In this document: one piece after another, positions 1-11,217 of the stretch
Numbering within the stretch: the first letter of the stretch is position 1
Layout of the letters: every line of letters starts with the position of its first letter
Source of the DNA: Malacoraja senta
Lineage: Eukaryota
Assembly (NCBI GenBank): GCA_038087875.1
Contig: CM075998.1
Location: 6,388,001-6,452,000, forward strand
Direction: 5' to 3'
DNA: 64,000 nt
The notes under the pieces: generated by a model
Database searches by the model: none
Seen by the model: only the letters and a program-made list of their open reading frames with translations
Told to the model about the DNA's origin: nothing
Translations under genes and position numbers: made by a program

Positions 1-89
1 GAGATAGAATCGTCTGCGGCATCACCAGCCAGCCGCTCCGAGAGAAACTTCTACAATGCGATGATTTAACACTGGAAAAATGCAGTGAC

Positions 90-3000
90 ATGTGTATGAT
101 CGCAGAAGCATCAGCCGAGCATGTGAAGCAGATTGCCCCAACCGCCATCGACACTGAAGAGACAGTTGATTACGTGAAACGGGACAGCGCCAGTCGGCCA
201 TGGGGCCGAGGCAGGGATTCGCGACCCAGACAGCCACAGACAGAAATCCGTGATTCGGGTGAAGATACCGTCTGCCGGTCATGCAACCGCGGCCATAATG
301 GCAACTACTGCCCCGCTCAGTACATGAGATGTTATACCTGCGGAGAGATTGGACATTTTTCCAGATCCCCGACTGCCTGGTAAATAGAGCGCCCAACAGC
401 CGCCCACGTCCCCGACAACATGACCGGCTAATCAGACAAAAGGCCGGGGACTGGAGCCGTGACGTCCGCGACGTCGAGTTCCAGATGAACACTTCACCGC
501 TGCCTGAGCCAGTGGACGACGACGTTGATGTATTCTACATTGACGCCATGATTGACGTCGTTATTGAGTCGACGCGTGAATGGGGACAGATGTGCAGCAT
601 CAACAATGTGAACATTGAGTTCAAACTCGACTCTGGCGCTCAAGTCGACATCCTGCCAGAGCACTTGTTCAGAAAGACTGGTCTTGCCTTACTGAACACG
701 AACGTGACACTGAGGTCATACTCTGGACATACAATGAAGCCTGTGGGGCAGGCAAAAGGGAAACGTCAAAGTAGGTAAGAAAGAATATAGGGTGGTCTTT
801 CAAATCGTGGAGGAGAATGTGAAACCCATATTTGGGAAACTAACGTGTGAAAAGTTAGGTCTTCTTGTGCGAAAGGAAGCGGTTGATGGCGTGAGTGCGA
901 GCCCATCATACACTGCGAGGATCAGTGAGGAAAACCGCGAGATTTTCCAAGGGCTGGGAAGGCTAAAAAGACATGAATACACCATAGCGCTGCAAGGGAA
1001 CGTGCAACCTAAGCAAAACCCACCCCGCACTATCCCCTATAAGATCAGGGATAAGGTCAAAGCCGAATTAGAGCGCATGGAAAGCTTGGGAGTCATAAAG
1101 CCCGTGAGTGAACCGACAGATTGGGTGAATTCAATGACTGTGGTTAGCAAGCCTAATGGCGAAGCCCGCATATGCCTTGACCCATGTGACCTCAATGCGG
1201 CCATTCGTAGGGAGCATTTCCCGATGCCGACGTTCGAGAACATTGCAGCCCGCATGCCGAAGGCAGAATGGTTCTCGAAGATTTGACGCTACAAGTGGGT
1301 ACTGGCAGTTCCCACTGAGCGATGACAGCTCGCGTCTGACCACATTTAATACTCCCTTTGGGAGATACCGATACCTCGTGCTTCCATTTGGAATCTCATC
1401 CGCAAGTGAGATTTGGCAGCGGGCGATGCAGGAAGAGTTCGGCGATTTAGAAGGGGTGGAGATAGTCGTTGACGACATTCTCGTTTGGGGTGTGAATGCA
1501 GCACAACATGACGTAAGGGTGAAAGCCCTACTCGAACGGGTGAAAGAATCAGGCCTAAAGCTCAATCCCAGAAAGTCGGTTATGCGCTCAAATGAGATTG
1601 AATATGTGGGACACGTCATCTCGAAAGCAGGCGTGTCACCAAGCCCATCTCGTGTCAGCAGCATGCTACAAATGCCATACCCGACAAACAAGGCTGAAGT
1701 GCAAACGTTCTTGGGGATGGTGACATACATGGCCAAGTTTATTCCAAACCTTTCGGAGATAACCGCCCCACTTAGACAGCTAACAGAAAAGGGAGTAGCG
1801 TGACATTTTGAGCAGAAGCACAGACAGGCAGTAGAGCAGCTGAAGTCTCTACTCACATCGCCACCCGTACTCAAACTGTATGATGTGAACGCGCCCGTTT
1901 CAATTGCCACAGATGCTTCCAACAGCGGATTTGGAGCGGTCCTAATGCAATACGAGAGACCTGTTGCCTACGCTTCACGACGTGTGAACGCGGCTGAGCG
2001 CAACTATGTGACTATAGAGAAGGAGTTGTGCTCCATATTGTACACATGCAGAAAGTTTCATGACTTCATTGTCGGTCGGCGCACAGTAATCTTTACTGAC
2101 CACAAACCGTTAGTAGGCTTGCTCGCCAAGCCGCTACACAAACTAAGCCCCAGACTCCAGCGCAGGCGAATGCACCTGCTACGATACGACCTGGAAATAC
2201 GGTGGAAGCCGGGACGTGAAATGTTTGTCCCCGACGCCCTGAGCCGGCTGCCCAGTGCAAACACGCCTGCGGAAGAGCACACCGCATTGCCGAATGTGAT
2301 ACATGCTGTAGAAGCCATCCTACACATGTCAGACGCGCGCCTTGCGCAGTTCAAAGCTGAAACAAAAAAAGATCGGACGCTAACATTGTTGTGCGAGTAT
2401 ATAAGAAAGGGTTGGCCTAGTAACAGGCGTGATCTGCCCTCGGACTTGACTCCGTTTCATACATACCATGACGAGCTGGTTGAAATCGATGGATTAGTCT
2501 TGAGGGAAAACCGAATTGTAGCCCCCCAAAGCATGCGGAGGCAGATGCTGAACGCGCTACATGAATCGCATCTGGGAGTAGTTAAACTTAAACAACGAGC
2601 CCGCAATTTATTTATGTGGCCTGGAATGAATGCACAGATTGAGGACACAGTGGGAACTTGCTCGATATGCCAGGCGACCAGGAAAGCACAAGCAAGTGAG
2701 CCGCTCCAACCACACTTCATCCCCAGCAGACCTTGGTCTAAGGTCGGAGCAGACATCTTCCATCTGGATGGAGTTGACCACTTGCTTGTGGTGGACTATT
2801 ACTCCAAGTACCCAGAAATAGCGCAACTGACGGACATGACGTCACATTCGGTGATACGTGAGATGACGGGCATGTTTGCCCGGAATGGCATTCCTGACTT
2901 GGTGATGACAGACAACGCGAGACAATTTGACTGTGCTGAGTTTCGTAGGTTCCAGGATGACTGGGAATTTGCCCATGTCACCTCAAGTCCCATATATCCA

Positions 3001-4011
3001 CAGAGCAACAGGCAGATAGAGCACTGTGTGCAAACTATAAAAGGTATCATGAGGAAAGCCAAACGCAGTGGCTGTGACCCGACGTACACCATCCTCGAAT
3101 ACCGCAACACCCCCCTTGACGGGACAGACGGCTATGCCCCCTCACAGTTACTGAACAGTAGACTGTTAAGAAGCAGATTGCCATCGCCTCTATCGCTCTT
3201 ACTGCCTCATCATGTCCCTCCCATGGGACCACAACTGGCCGTCCGGCAAGAAAAACAGGCAGCATACTTCAATGAGAAGGCAAGCGCCAAGCCGCTGCCA
3301 CGCCTGGAACAAGAACAGCAGGTGTGGTTTCATGCCAAACCAACCAAGTGGCAACGTGGCCGGATTGCAAGAGAAAACCTGTCCCCTCGGAGCTACGTCA
3401 TCTCTACACCGATTGGTACTGGGTTCCGCAGAAACAGGAAGGACATACGACCTGCGCACGAAGCAGGTGAGCCAACGCAGCAGACAAGTGCGAACACTCT
3501 CCCACAAAGAGGAACCCCTTTCCCAGAAGGAGCTAGTCTCCCAGACTCAAGAGAACTATCACAGGCCGCATCACCAGGTTCTGTGGTGGGGGAACCGGCT
3601 CGAAGTGTGCCAAGCCATACTCACACACAACAGAAATACGACACAGAACGAGGTGGAAATACGACTTGCACGAGAAGTGGGCGATGGTCGAAACCCCCAA
3701 CTCGACTGGTTATGTAAAATTGATGGACAATTATTTTATAGTTCTGTAATATGAAGAGCACTGTGTTATTTGTGGTAATTTATCCACAGTAAATTGAGTT
3801 AAGGTTCCAGTTATTATTTTGAACCCAGTGGTGGAGGGGGAGATGTGATGTTGTGATGTAATTAAAGTGAAGGGGGAGATGTGATATATATGCAAAAGTG
3901 CCTGTACCTCGTGACTGAGGTCAGGTGACCTTCTAGAAGTTTCCATTGGTTGTTCAGATTAAATCTTACTTACAAGATGGCGGACGTGTATTCATTGTGC
4001 TAGTCACAACA
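90..4011 (+). mobile_element. Ty3/Gypsy LTR retrotransposon (Mag-like), decayed: gag 3' part, pol (PR-RT-RH-IN), PPT and 3' LTR; probably continues left of the window
   Basis: Gag Cys/His knuckles (CRSCNRGH...CYTCGEIGHF, 90-383); protease LDSGA (329-778); RT with LPFGISSASE and IVVDDILV (792-1803); RNase H TDAS/EKEL/TDHKPL; integrase HHCC and DDE-type motifs (to 3717). Frameshifts near 780 and 1283 and an in-frame TGA at 1801-1803. Confidence 0.95.
3844..4011 (+). repeat. Putative 3' LTR of the Gypsy element (TG...CA)
   Basis: Follows the polypurine tract GGAGGGGGAGA (3833-3843); starts TGTGA and ends TCACAACA; contains TATATA and ATTAAA. A second PPT-like copy at 3869-3879 makes the exact start ambiguous. 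Confidence 0.6.
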
Positions 4012-4044
4012 GGGCCTTACAGGGAACATTACAGACTTCATTCA

Positions 4045-4432
4045 TCGCGACTGGCTGTTGTAGCTTGACTTCTGTGGACGGGTTTTTCCAACGCCTGTCG
4101 CTACTTGACTTCTCTTGACGCAGATACCTGTCGCCGCCTGACGTAGGTAGTCGCCAATGGAATTCATCGAAGTCAGCACCGGCGACAACCTACGACACCT
4201 GGCGACAACCTACGACAGCACCTACGTCAGGAGAAGTCAAGCTACGCTCATTGGCGTCAAACCCACTGTCACCAAAAAATGTAGAACATTTTGAAAATCC
4301 AGCGGCGACCAGAAAAACGCTACGATTCTTTGGGCGACTGCGGAGACTACTCACGAACATACAAGCGATACCCCGGCAACCATGTGGCAACAGCCTAGTC
4401 ACCTGTAGCCGCCTAAAAAATTGCCTAAATTG
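4045..4432. mobile_element. Fragment of a PIF/Harbinger-like non-autonomous element
   Basis: CpG-rich repeated GGCGACAACCTACGAC motifs, in the same style as the element at 43089-45318; ends abruptly where the next element starts; left boundary approximate. Confidence 0.5.
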
Positions 4433-5167
4433 CCACTTGGGCGACCTAATCCGCGAGTCCTGAAGAGTGTCTTCAACCTTCAAGCTCGAGGGCACTCGAC
4501 TGGGAAAGCCTCAAGCTGGATCGACCGACCGCACACACACAAACACATTGCAAAGGCGGGGGCCAGGAAAGCGGGGAAGCGATGTCTGAAATTCACACCC
4601 GCGATGAAGAAGGTAAAACGGCTGCACAGTGTAAGGTAAGTCCTTTAGAGAGCGCGGGGGGGGGGGGGGGGAGTAGGGAAGAGAAGGGGAGAGAGGAGGA
4701 GAGAAGGAGAGAGAAGGGGGAGAGAAGGGGAGAGAAGGAGGGGAGAAGGAATGGAGACACTTTTAAGATGTTTAATAAAGTTTAGCGGGCATTTTACCTA
4801 CCGGTCGGTTTTCCTTTGTCCTGAAAACTCCAATGAGCCAATCAAAATGCCCGGTCAGTGAAGGAGATTGCCTACGGCTGCCCTCGACTGCCTGTAAGTA
4901 AATAGCGACCCCACTCCACTGCACTACGAGTTAAAAAGACCCATGCCGACCAAATTTTACTCGCGGAATTTTTTTTTCAACATGCTGAACATTTTTCCGA
5001 GACCTAGCTGAGGCCACGAGTATTCAGGAACTTCCCTCGAGCATGAAGGAGAGTTCCCGCGACCTCATAGGACCTCCTAGGACCACGTGTCGACCATGCT
5101 GCGAGTTTGAAGGTCGTAGACACTCTTCTAAACTCGCAGATTAGGTCGCCCAAGTGGGACAGCCCCT
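4433..5167. mobile_element. PIF/Harbinger-like MITE
   Basis: About 60-bp terminal inverted repeats (CCACTTGGGCGACCTAATC.GCGAGT...). The right end ...CCCAAGTGGGACAGCCCCT is followed by TAA; the outer bases of the left TIR are missing. Confidence 0.7.
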
Positions 5168-5938
5168 TAAGGGTGTCAAAGGTTACGGGGAGAAGGCAGG
5201 AAAATGGGGTTGAGAGGGAAAGATAGATCAGCCACGATTGAATGGCAGAGTCGACGATGGGCCGAATGGCCTAATTCTGTTCCTGTGACTTAAGAACATG
5301 AACTAGTGTGAAAATGTCCGCCATTTCCCAGCATTTCTGATGGAGAACCTACTCTTGCACAGGTTGGACATGATACAGATCCAACAACTCTGAGTTTACA
5401 TCGGACCATGGTCAGAATGATACTGATGAGGATCTATCAAGAAGTCTGAGATTTTAACACAAGTGGGCATCAGAACTGATCCACATTGTTAGTCCCCACA
5501 ACATAAAGGAAAGCTGCTTTGTCGCGGTGTAACATTCCCTGCATTCCACTCTAGTTACTTGTGTCCTCGCCTGGAGTCTGGTAATTAATAACAAATTAGA
5601 TAGAACTCCATGTGGGATTTTGGCTGTGCCTTCTATTTCAGTACATTGGACATTTATGAATCACCACTGAGAGAGAAAATTCCTAGATTATAAGACACAG
5701 GAGCAGAATTAGGCCATTCGGCCCATCGAGTCTACTCTACCATTCGATCATGGCTGATTTATTTCTCCCTCACAACCCCATGCTCCTGCCCTCCCCATGC
5801 ACTCTCCTGCCTCTCCTCACACTCTCCAGATTTATACGAATGAGATACACTTTCACAGATTACACAAGACAATAAATGAAATGCAATTCTTGATCGAGAT
5901 TATATTAGTTTTTAATATTTTTCTCAAGATGCGTTTAC

Positions 5939-6292
5939 CTGGGTAGGCGCACTAGACGACAGAGGAGGGACCTCTCCAATCTTGGCGATAGCCCTGGGGT
6001 CACTGGAACTGATGAGAACGGGCGCACTGATTTCCATGGAGTGCCTGTTGCTGACAGCTTGGGAAGACTTGTGTGACATGCTGAACGAAGTGAAGGAGTG
6101 CCGTTTCTTGGCGTTTTTCTTGCCGTCGAGCCGTCTGTGAACAGCGCAGGCTGCCCCACCGCTGTTTAAGGGAGAGCCGGGGGACGGGCTGGCACCTGCA
6201 ATGATAGCGGCTGACAGTGGCACATTACTGTTCTGTGTAACTGGCAGACACTTTTTATCCATCTCAATCAGTTGCTTTGCGGTAGAATTTAG
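5939..6292 (-). CDS. SH3RF3: SH3RF3 (POSH2) internal coding exon, 354 nt, phase 0/0
   Basis: ttttacacag|CTA...CAG|gtaaac; LNSTAKQLIEMDK...RRLDGKKNAKKRHSF...RHSMEISAPVLISSSDPRA...APTQ matches SH3RF3 (EMDK, SAPVLISSSDPRA) better than SH3RF1 (EWDK, SPPVLISSSNP). Confidence 0.9.
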
Positions 6293-6371
6293 CTGTGTAA
6301 AATAAATAAATAGAAGTCATTAAAGATCATTGAAATTGCTATTATTGAGTAAGTCATTGTGCTTTATGAAG

Positions 6372-6605
6372 GTAGATACAAAGTGCTGGAATAACTCAGC
6401 AGGTCAGGCGGCATCTCTGGAGAAAAAGGATGGGCGATGTTTCGGGTCGGGACCCTTCTTCAGTCTGAAAGAACTGCTTTAGTCTGAAGAAGGGTCCCAA
6501 CCTGAAACGTCACACATTATTTTTCTCTAGAGATGCTGCCTGACCCGCTGAGTTACTCCAGCACTTTGTATTTTTAACCAGCATCTGCAGTTCCTTTCTA
6601 CATAC
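6372..6605. mobile_element. Penelope-like element 3' end fragments as an inverted pair (representative; similar at about 9462-9600, 16050-16390, 18995-19215, 24525-24620, 31078-31210, 48465-48587, 52940-53035, 53560-53645, 60397-60487)
   Basis: Same sequence as the tail downstream of the GIY-YIG ORF at 28070-28167 (CTGAAGAAGGGTCTCGACCCGAAACGTCAC...GATGCTGCCTG.CCCGCTGAGTTACTCCAGCA). Confidence 0.75.
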
Positions 6606-7254
6606 GTTGTGCTTTTTTGTTTGCATTGATTGAAAGATACTACATGGATACTTGCTGATGCAAGTATTTGGCTGCTTGACACAGTGGTGTTCCTCGGTAC
6701 ACGTGACAATAAAATAAAAATAAATGGAATTAAACTAAACTAAACTAAAGATCATAACCTGCCTTATAAAGACCACATGGGGATCCATCCAAACAAGCCT
6801 TGTGATTACACACCTGTCTGCTGCTATGGCCACTCCAGTGGTGCATGGCCTCATAGACTTCTTTGCCAACTCCATAAAGCTAAACCAGGAGGCTCAACTG
6901 CATCCACTGAGACTCAGCAAGTGCCACAGGTGCAAGCTTCTGCTCTGCAAGAACAGCTTGAGGACTGGACTTTGGAATTTTTCTTTGTAAACGGCGGCAA
7001 ACTATGTCGACTGTGCATTTGTGGGTTGTGCAAAAGAATTTCACTGTGCCGTGCATACGTGACAATAAAGAGCCATTGAACCATTGTTCTGCAGGGATTT
7101 CTGGCTGCAGCAATCCTTCTGCACAATAACTATGGCCTGCAGATGTTTACGACAATGTCTCCTTGGTTAGTTGAACATCTCATTTCAAATAGCTGTATGC
7201 TCATGTCCCTCTAGACATAGCATTTCCATCTCCCATACTGGCTCACACATGTTC

Positions 7255-7572
7255 TTTAGTTTAGTTTAGAGTTTAGTTTAGAGATACAGTGCGGAATACA
7301 GTGTGGGTCCGTGCCAATCAATGATCACACGTACACTAGTTCTATGTTAGACCAGTTTCGCATCCAACGCACCAGGGGAAATTTACAGAAGATAATTAAC
7401 CTACAAACCTGCACATCTTTGGAATGTGGGAGGAAACCAGAGGACCCGGAGAAAACCACACGATCACAGGGAGAACGTACAAACTCCACACAGACAGCCA
7501 CCCGTAGTCAGGATCAAACCCGGGTCTCTGGAGTTGTAAGGCCGTAACTCTACCTCTGCGCTACTGTGCCAC
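7255..7572 (-). mobile_element. HE1-like tRNA-derived V-SINE
   Basis: Reverse complement has an A/B-box-like head, the core GTTCTCCCTGTGA...TTTCCTCCCACA.TCCAAAGA and a (CTAAA)n tail. Confidence 0.8.
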
Positions 7573-7825
7573 TCAAGGCACATCTCCCAGCATGCTTCCC
7601 CAAACTGCACACAGGTCTGGTGGGATGCATGTGGCTGAACCTGGCCTTGTCATGAAAAAAGCAATTTGTGGACATCCATTGTGGCCAACTGATTTTGAAA
7701 CAGGAGTTTAGGGTCAGTCGTAGGAAGTGAATGGCATTGTTGTTCATAGAACCACATGTGGTGGAGAGATCAGGATCGGTACACGAAAATTAAGTCACCT
7801 TAATAGAATAAACCACAATGGGCTG

Positions 7826-8122
7826 GGGTGGCACTGTGGAGCAGGAGTAGAGTTGCTGCCTTGCAACGCCAGAGACCCGGGTCCAATCCTGTCTATGGGT
7901 GCTGTCTGCACAGAGTTTGTACGTTCTCCCTGTGACCGCGTGCATTTTCTCCGGGCGCTCCGGTTTCCTCCCACACTCCAAAGACGTGCAGGTTTGTAGG
8001 TTAATTGGCTTTTGTAAATTGTCTCTGATATGTAGGATAGAACTAGTGGTGGTTGTTGGTCAGCGTGGGCCAAAGGGCCTGTTTCCATACTGTATCTTTA
8101 AAACTAAAACTAAAAAAAACTA
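7826..8122 (+). mobile_element. HE1-like V-SINE (further copies at about 11540-11810, 14135-14445, 19220-19490, 28700-28950, 31395-31660, 32585-32855, 33254-33569, 34310-34540, 39530-39870, 46860-47150, 47885-48125, 56838-57135)
   Basis: tRNA-like head (TGGAGCAGGAGTAG...GGTCCAATCC), conserved core, 3' end shared with the CR1/HER1 tail (GGGCC.AAGGGCCTGTTTCC), (AAACT)n tail. Confidence 0.8.
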
Positions 8123-10160
8123 AAACACAGAGGGCAACCTTTTGAATGAAACAGGAAGTATCAAAGAAATTACTTTTCAGCAGGCTGAGCAGAAAGTCGA
8201 TACACTTGTACTTCACTGTTGACTGTTTTGGAAAACTATCAGATATCCTGTCAGATCTCACAGGACTTGTCCTGTCTTTCTCAATTCCTTGAGTGAGGCT
8301 TTATCGAATTCTACCGACATTTCTACTACATCATCTGCCATTGCTGGTAGTACAAATTGCTATGTTATTTCACAGACACATCAGTTAGCTTTCATTCCTG
8401 GTTTTGTTCATGTTTAGACTTTGATGACGTTTATAAATACAATGTCTTAAATGCTGTTTATAGAAACTTTAGGTCATTGATGATTATAAATGTGCAGGTA
8501 GCATTATTCATTTATTTGATGCATTCCAATAGAATGCAGCTTCTAAGACCTAACAGCATTACCAATGTAAGCACTCACTCACATCATCTAAAGGCAAGAT
8601 GATTTATAATGGCAAGGTAAGGTCTCCAAACCTCAGTAATTCACAGCCTGCAAAGAAGGTCTTACAAATGCATTACAAGAGTGATGTTAGCATTGTGACC
8701 GAGTGATTAGATTTTCATGGCTGATGGCTTTTAGACGATGTTTGAATAATGAAGCTCTGGTTGTGCTTAAAGTTGAGAAAACATTTGGTAGAATTCTTGG
8801 AACAGTACAGTACAGGAACGGCCTGTCGGGCCACAATGTCTGTGCCAAACATGATGCCAAGTTAGACAGTGCTGGAGTAACTCAACAGCTCAGGCCACAA
8901 AGTGCTGGAATAACCCATCAGGTCAGGCTCCTGATCCGCAGAGTTACTCCAGCACTTTGTGTCTATATACCAATTCCTTTCTACACGTGATGCCAAGTTA
9001 AACTCATCTAATCTGCCTGTACATAATCTATATCCCTCTATTCCTTGCACTTCCATGTGCCAATCTAAAAGCCTCTTAAATGCCATTATTGTATCTGCCT
9101 CCACCACCAACCTGGCAATGCGTTCCAGGCCTGCACAACTTGTCCAGCACATCTCCATTAAACATTCCTCCTCTCATCTTATAGCTGTGCCATCTAGTGT
9201 TGGACATTACTACCTTGGGGAAAATGTTCTGACTGTCTGCCATTTCTATGCCTTCTACATGACAATATGTTTGCGTAAGGTAAATTTTAATGTCAGGGTC
9301 TCTGCTATAGTATATTTTTCCAGTTAAATCAGCTGGAAAAGATAGTTGTGAATAAAAAGATCTCTTTCTTTACCACATATTGATAATGTGAATATAACAA
9401 GGTGTCCTGAGTTTTGAGAAAGTAGCCCTATCAAAGCTCAACAAGTTTCACATTAGTGTTTAGGAACGAACTACAGATGCTGATTTATACTGAAGACAGA
9501 CACAAAATGCTGGAGTAACTCAGCGGGCTAGGCAGCAAGCCTGGAGAAAAGGAATAGGTGACATTTCGGAAAGATTTCAGAAATTCCCTTCCTCAGATTG
9601 AAAGATAGAGGTGTTTGGGGGAATGGGGGTGGGGGGGTAAACTGGAAGCGAGAAAAGGCCCGGCAACAGATCACCTCAGGAAGGGTAGAATCCATAATGG
9701 CCCATTGTTGGGCTGAAGAGCCTGTTTCTGCAGTGTATCTCGAAAGTCTAAAAGTCTAATGCCTCGATGCCTTGCACTTGGAGTCTTCCTTACCCCTCTT
9801 GGGCTAGTTTATTTACACAGATGGTAGTGGGGGCCTAGAACGCTTAGTCACAGATGGTGGTGGTGAAGCCAGAGTCAGTTTTGTTATGTGTACCACGGTA
9901 CACGTAACAAAAATAAACCTAGACCAATTTGTCACGCTGGCCGTCCAAATCCATTTCTGAATGAACAATTTTGGGGGGAGGGAAAGTTGAAGCCATTCTC
10001 TTTATTTGAACTCAGATCTCTAACTTCTAATTCTAGACTTCTCCCTGGTCATTATCTGTGGGTGAACCTTTTGCATTCTTAGTGTAATACTTGACCAAGG
10101 GATGAGCTCTTTAGTGTACATGTGCTCCATTACTAAAACTGCCTTCTGCTGTCCTATAAC

Positions 10161-11217
10161 TAGGTATGTTACAAAACTTACCTTCAGCAGCGCTGAAGTT
10201 CTGTCACTGGCCGTGTGCGCGACTTTGGCGCCTTTGAGGGGGGGGTGGGGGATTAAAATGCCGTTTTCTCCTGCCTGTCCGAGATATATTTTCTCGGGCT
10301 ACTACCTGATGATGAAAATTCGTTCCGACTGCCGTTCTCGGAATTTTTAAAAAAAATGCGAGACAATTTAATCGCTGGAGTAAAATAAAAAGCTACTTCT
10401 AACGCCGTCAACGCCAACAACGGAACGGATCTCACGTACGGGACAAAACATAAGGTAAGTCGTTTATTTTACATATAAACTTGCTTCTTAGGATTACTTT
10501 AATCAAAATTTCATCGGCGAAAATATGATTATGTAAATGGTCATAATGGGAACTGGAGGTTACAAATATAGGGAGGACAATGTTTTTCTTGCTGATATGG
10601 GGTTTAAATTCACCGCAACCGCAACGTTCCAATCGATCGCGTTCCACAAAAACCCACTCGCAAGATGATTTAAATGGCCATTAATTTACGGGAATTAAAC
10701 ACTAAATTCCTTCCATTTGGCCTATAAATTCATGACAATGAGATTTAAAAATCATGTTATATTGTGAAATCTTGTGTGAATGTTATTTGGACACTTAGGC
10801 TATTAAAAAATGTTAACCTTTTCTTAAGAAATGGATAGATGTTTAGATCTAGTAATTGAAATTTGTAATTAGCTACAATTAGGTAACTAACTAATTATAT
10901 GCTTTAATTTCAGGTCATCCAAGTAAGATTGTTTCATATTTGTTTCAGAATGCTTCAATCTATAATAACTGAAAATTTCATTCAGTTCTCTTAATTTGGG
11001 CTTTTGACTGTCCTCGATCACAGCTTTTGAGTTAAGTCAATGGAAAAGCAATAGGGAACAAGATGCTAATTTCAGAGTATGAAAATGGCCATAACTTTTT
11101 TAATACTGAAGATATGAAAGTGAATTAGGTGTCAAATTAAACTTCATTTTATGCTTTATCTGATGGGATAAATTGCAGACTTGATTTTTAAAATCTCAAA
11201 ATGTTGTAACATTGCTA
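10161..11217. mobile_element. Non-autonomous DNA transposon (about 1.05 kb), TAG...CTA termini, 7-bp TSD; copy 1
   Basis: Termini TAGGTATGTTACAA / TTGTAACATTGCTA; TSD CTATAAC at 10154-10160 and 11218-11224; colinear with 22315-23355. Confidence 0.9.

Noticed and set aside
1131..1922. 263-aa antisense ORF over the Gypsy RT
   Set aside because: Shadow ORF on the opposite strand of pol; no recognisable domain.
7826..7890. tRNA gene
   Set aside because: The A/B boxes belong to the SINE head; no cloverleaf.
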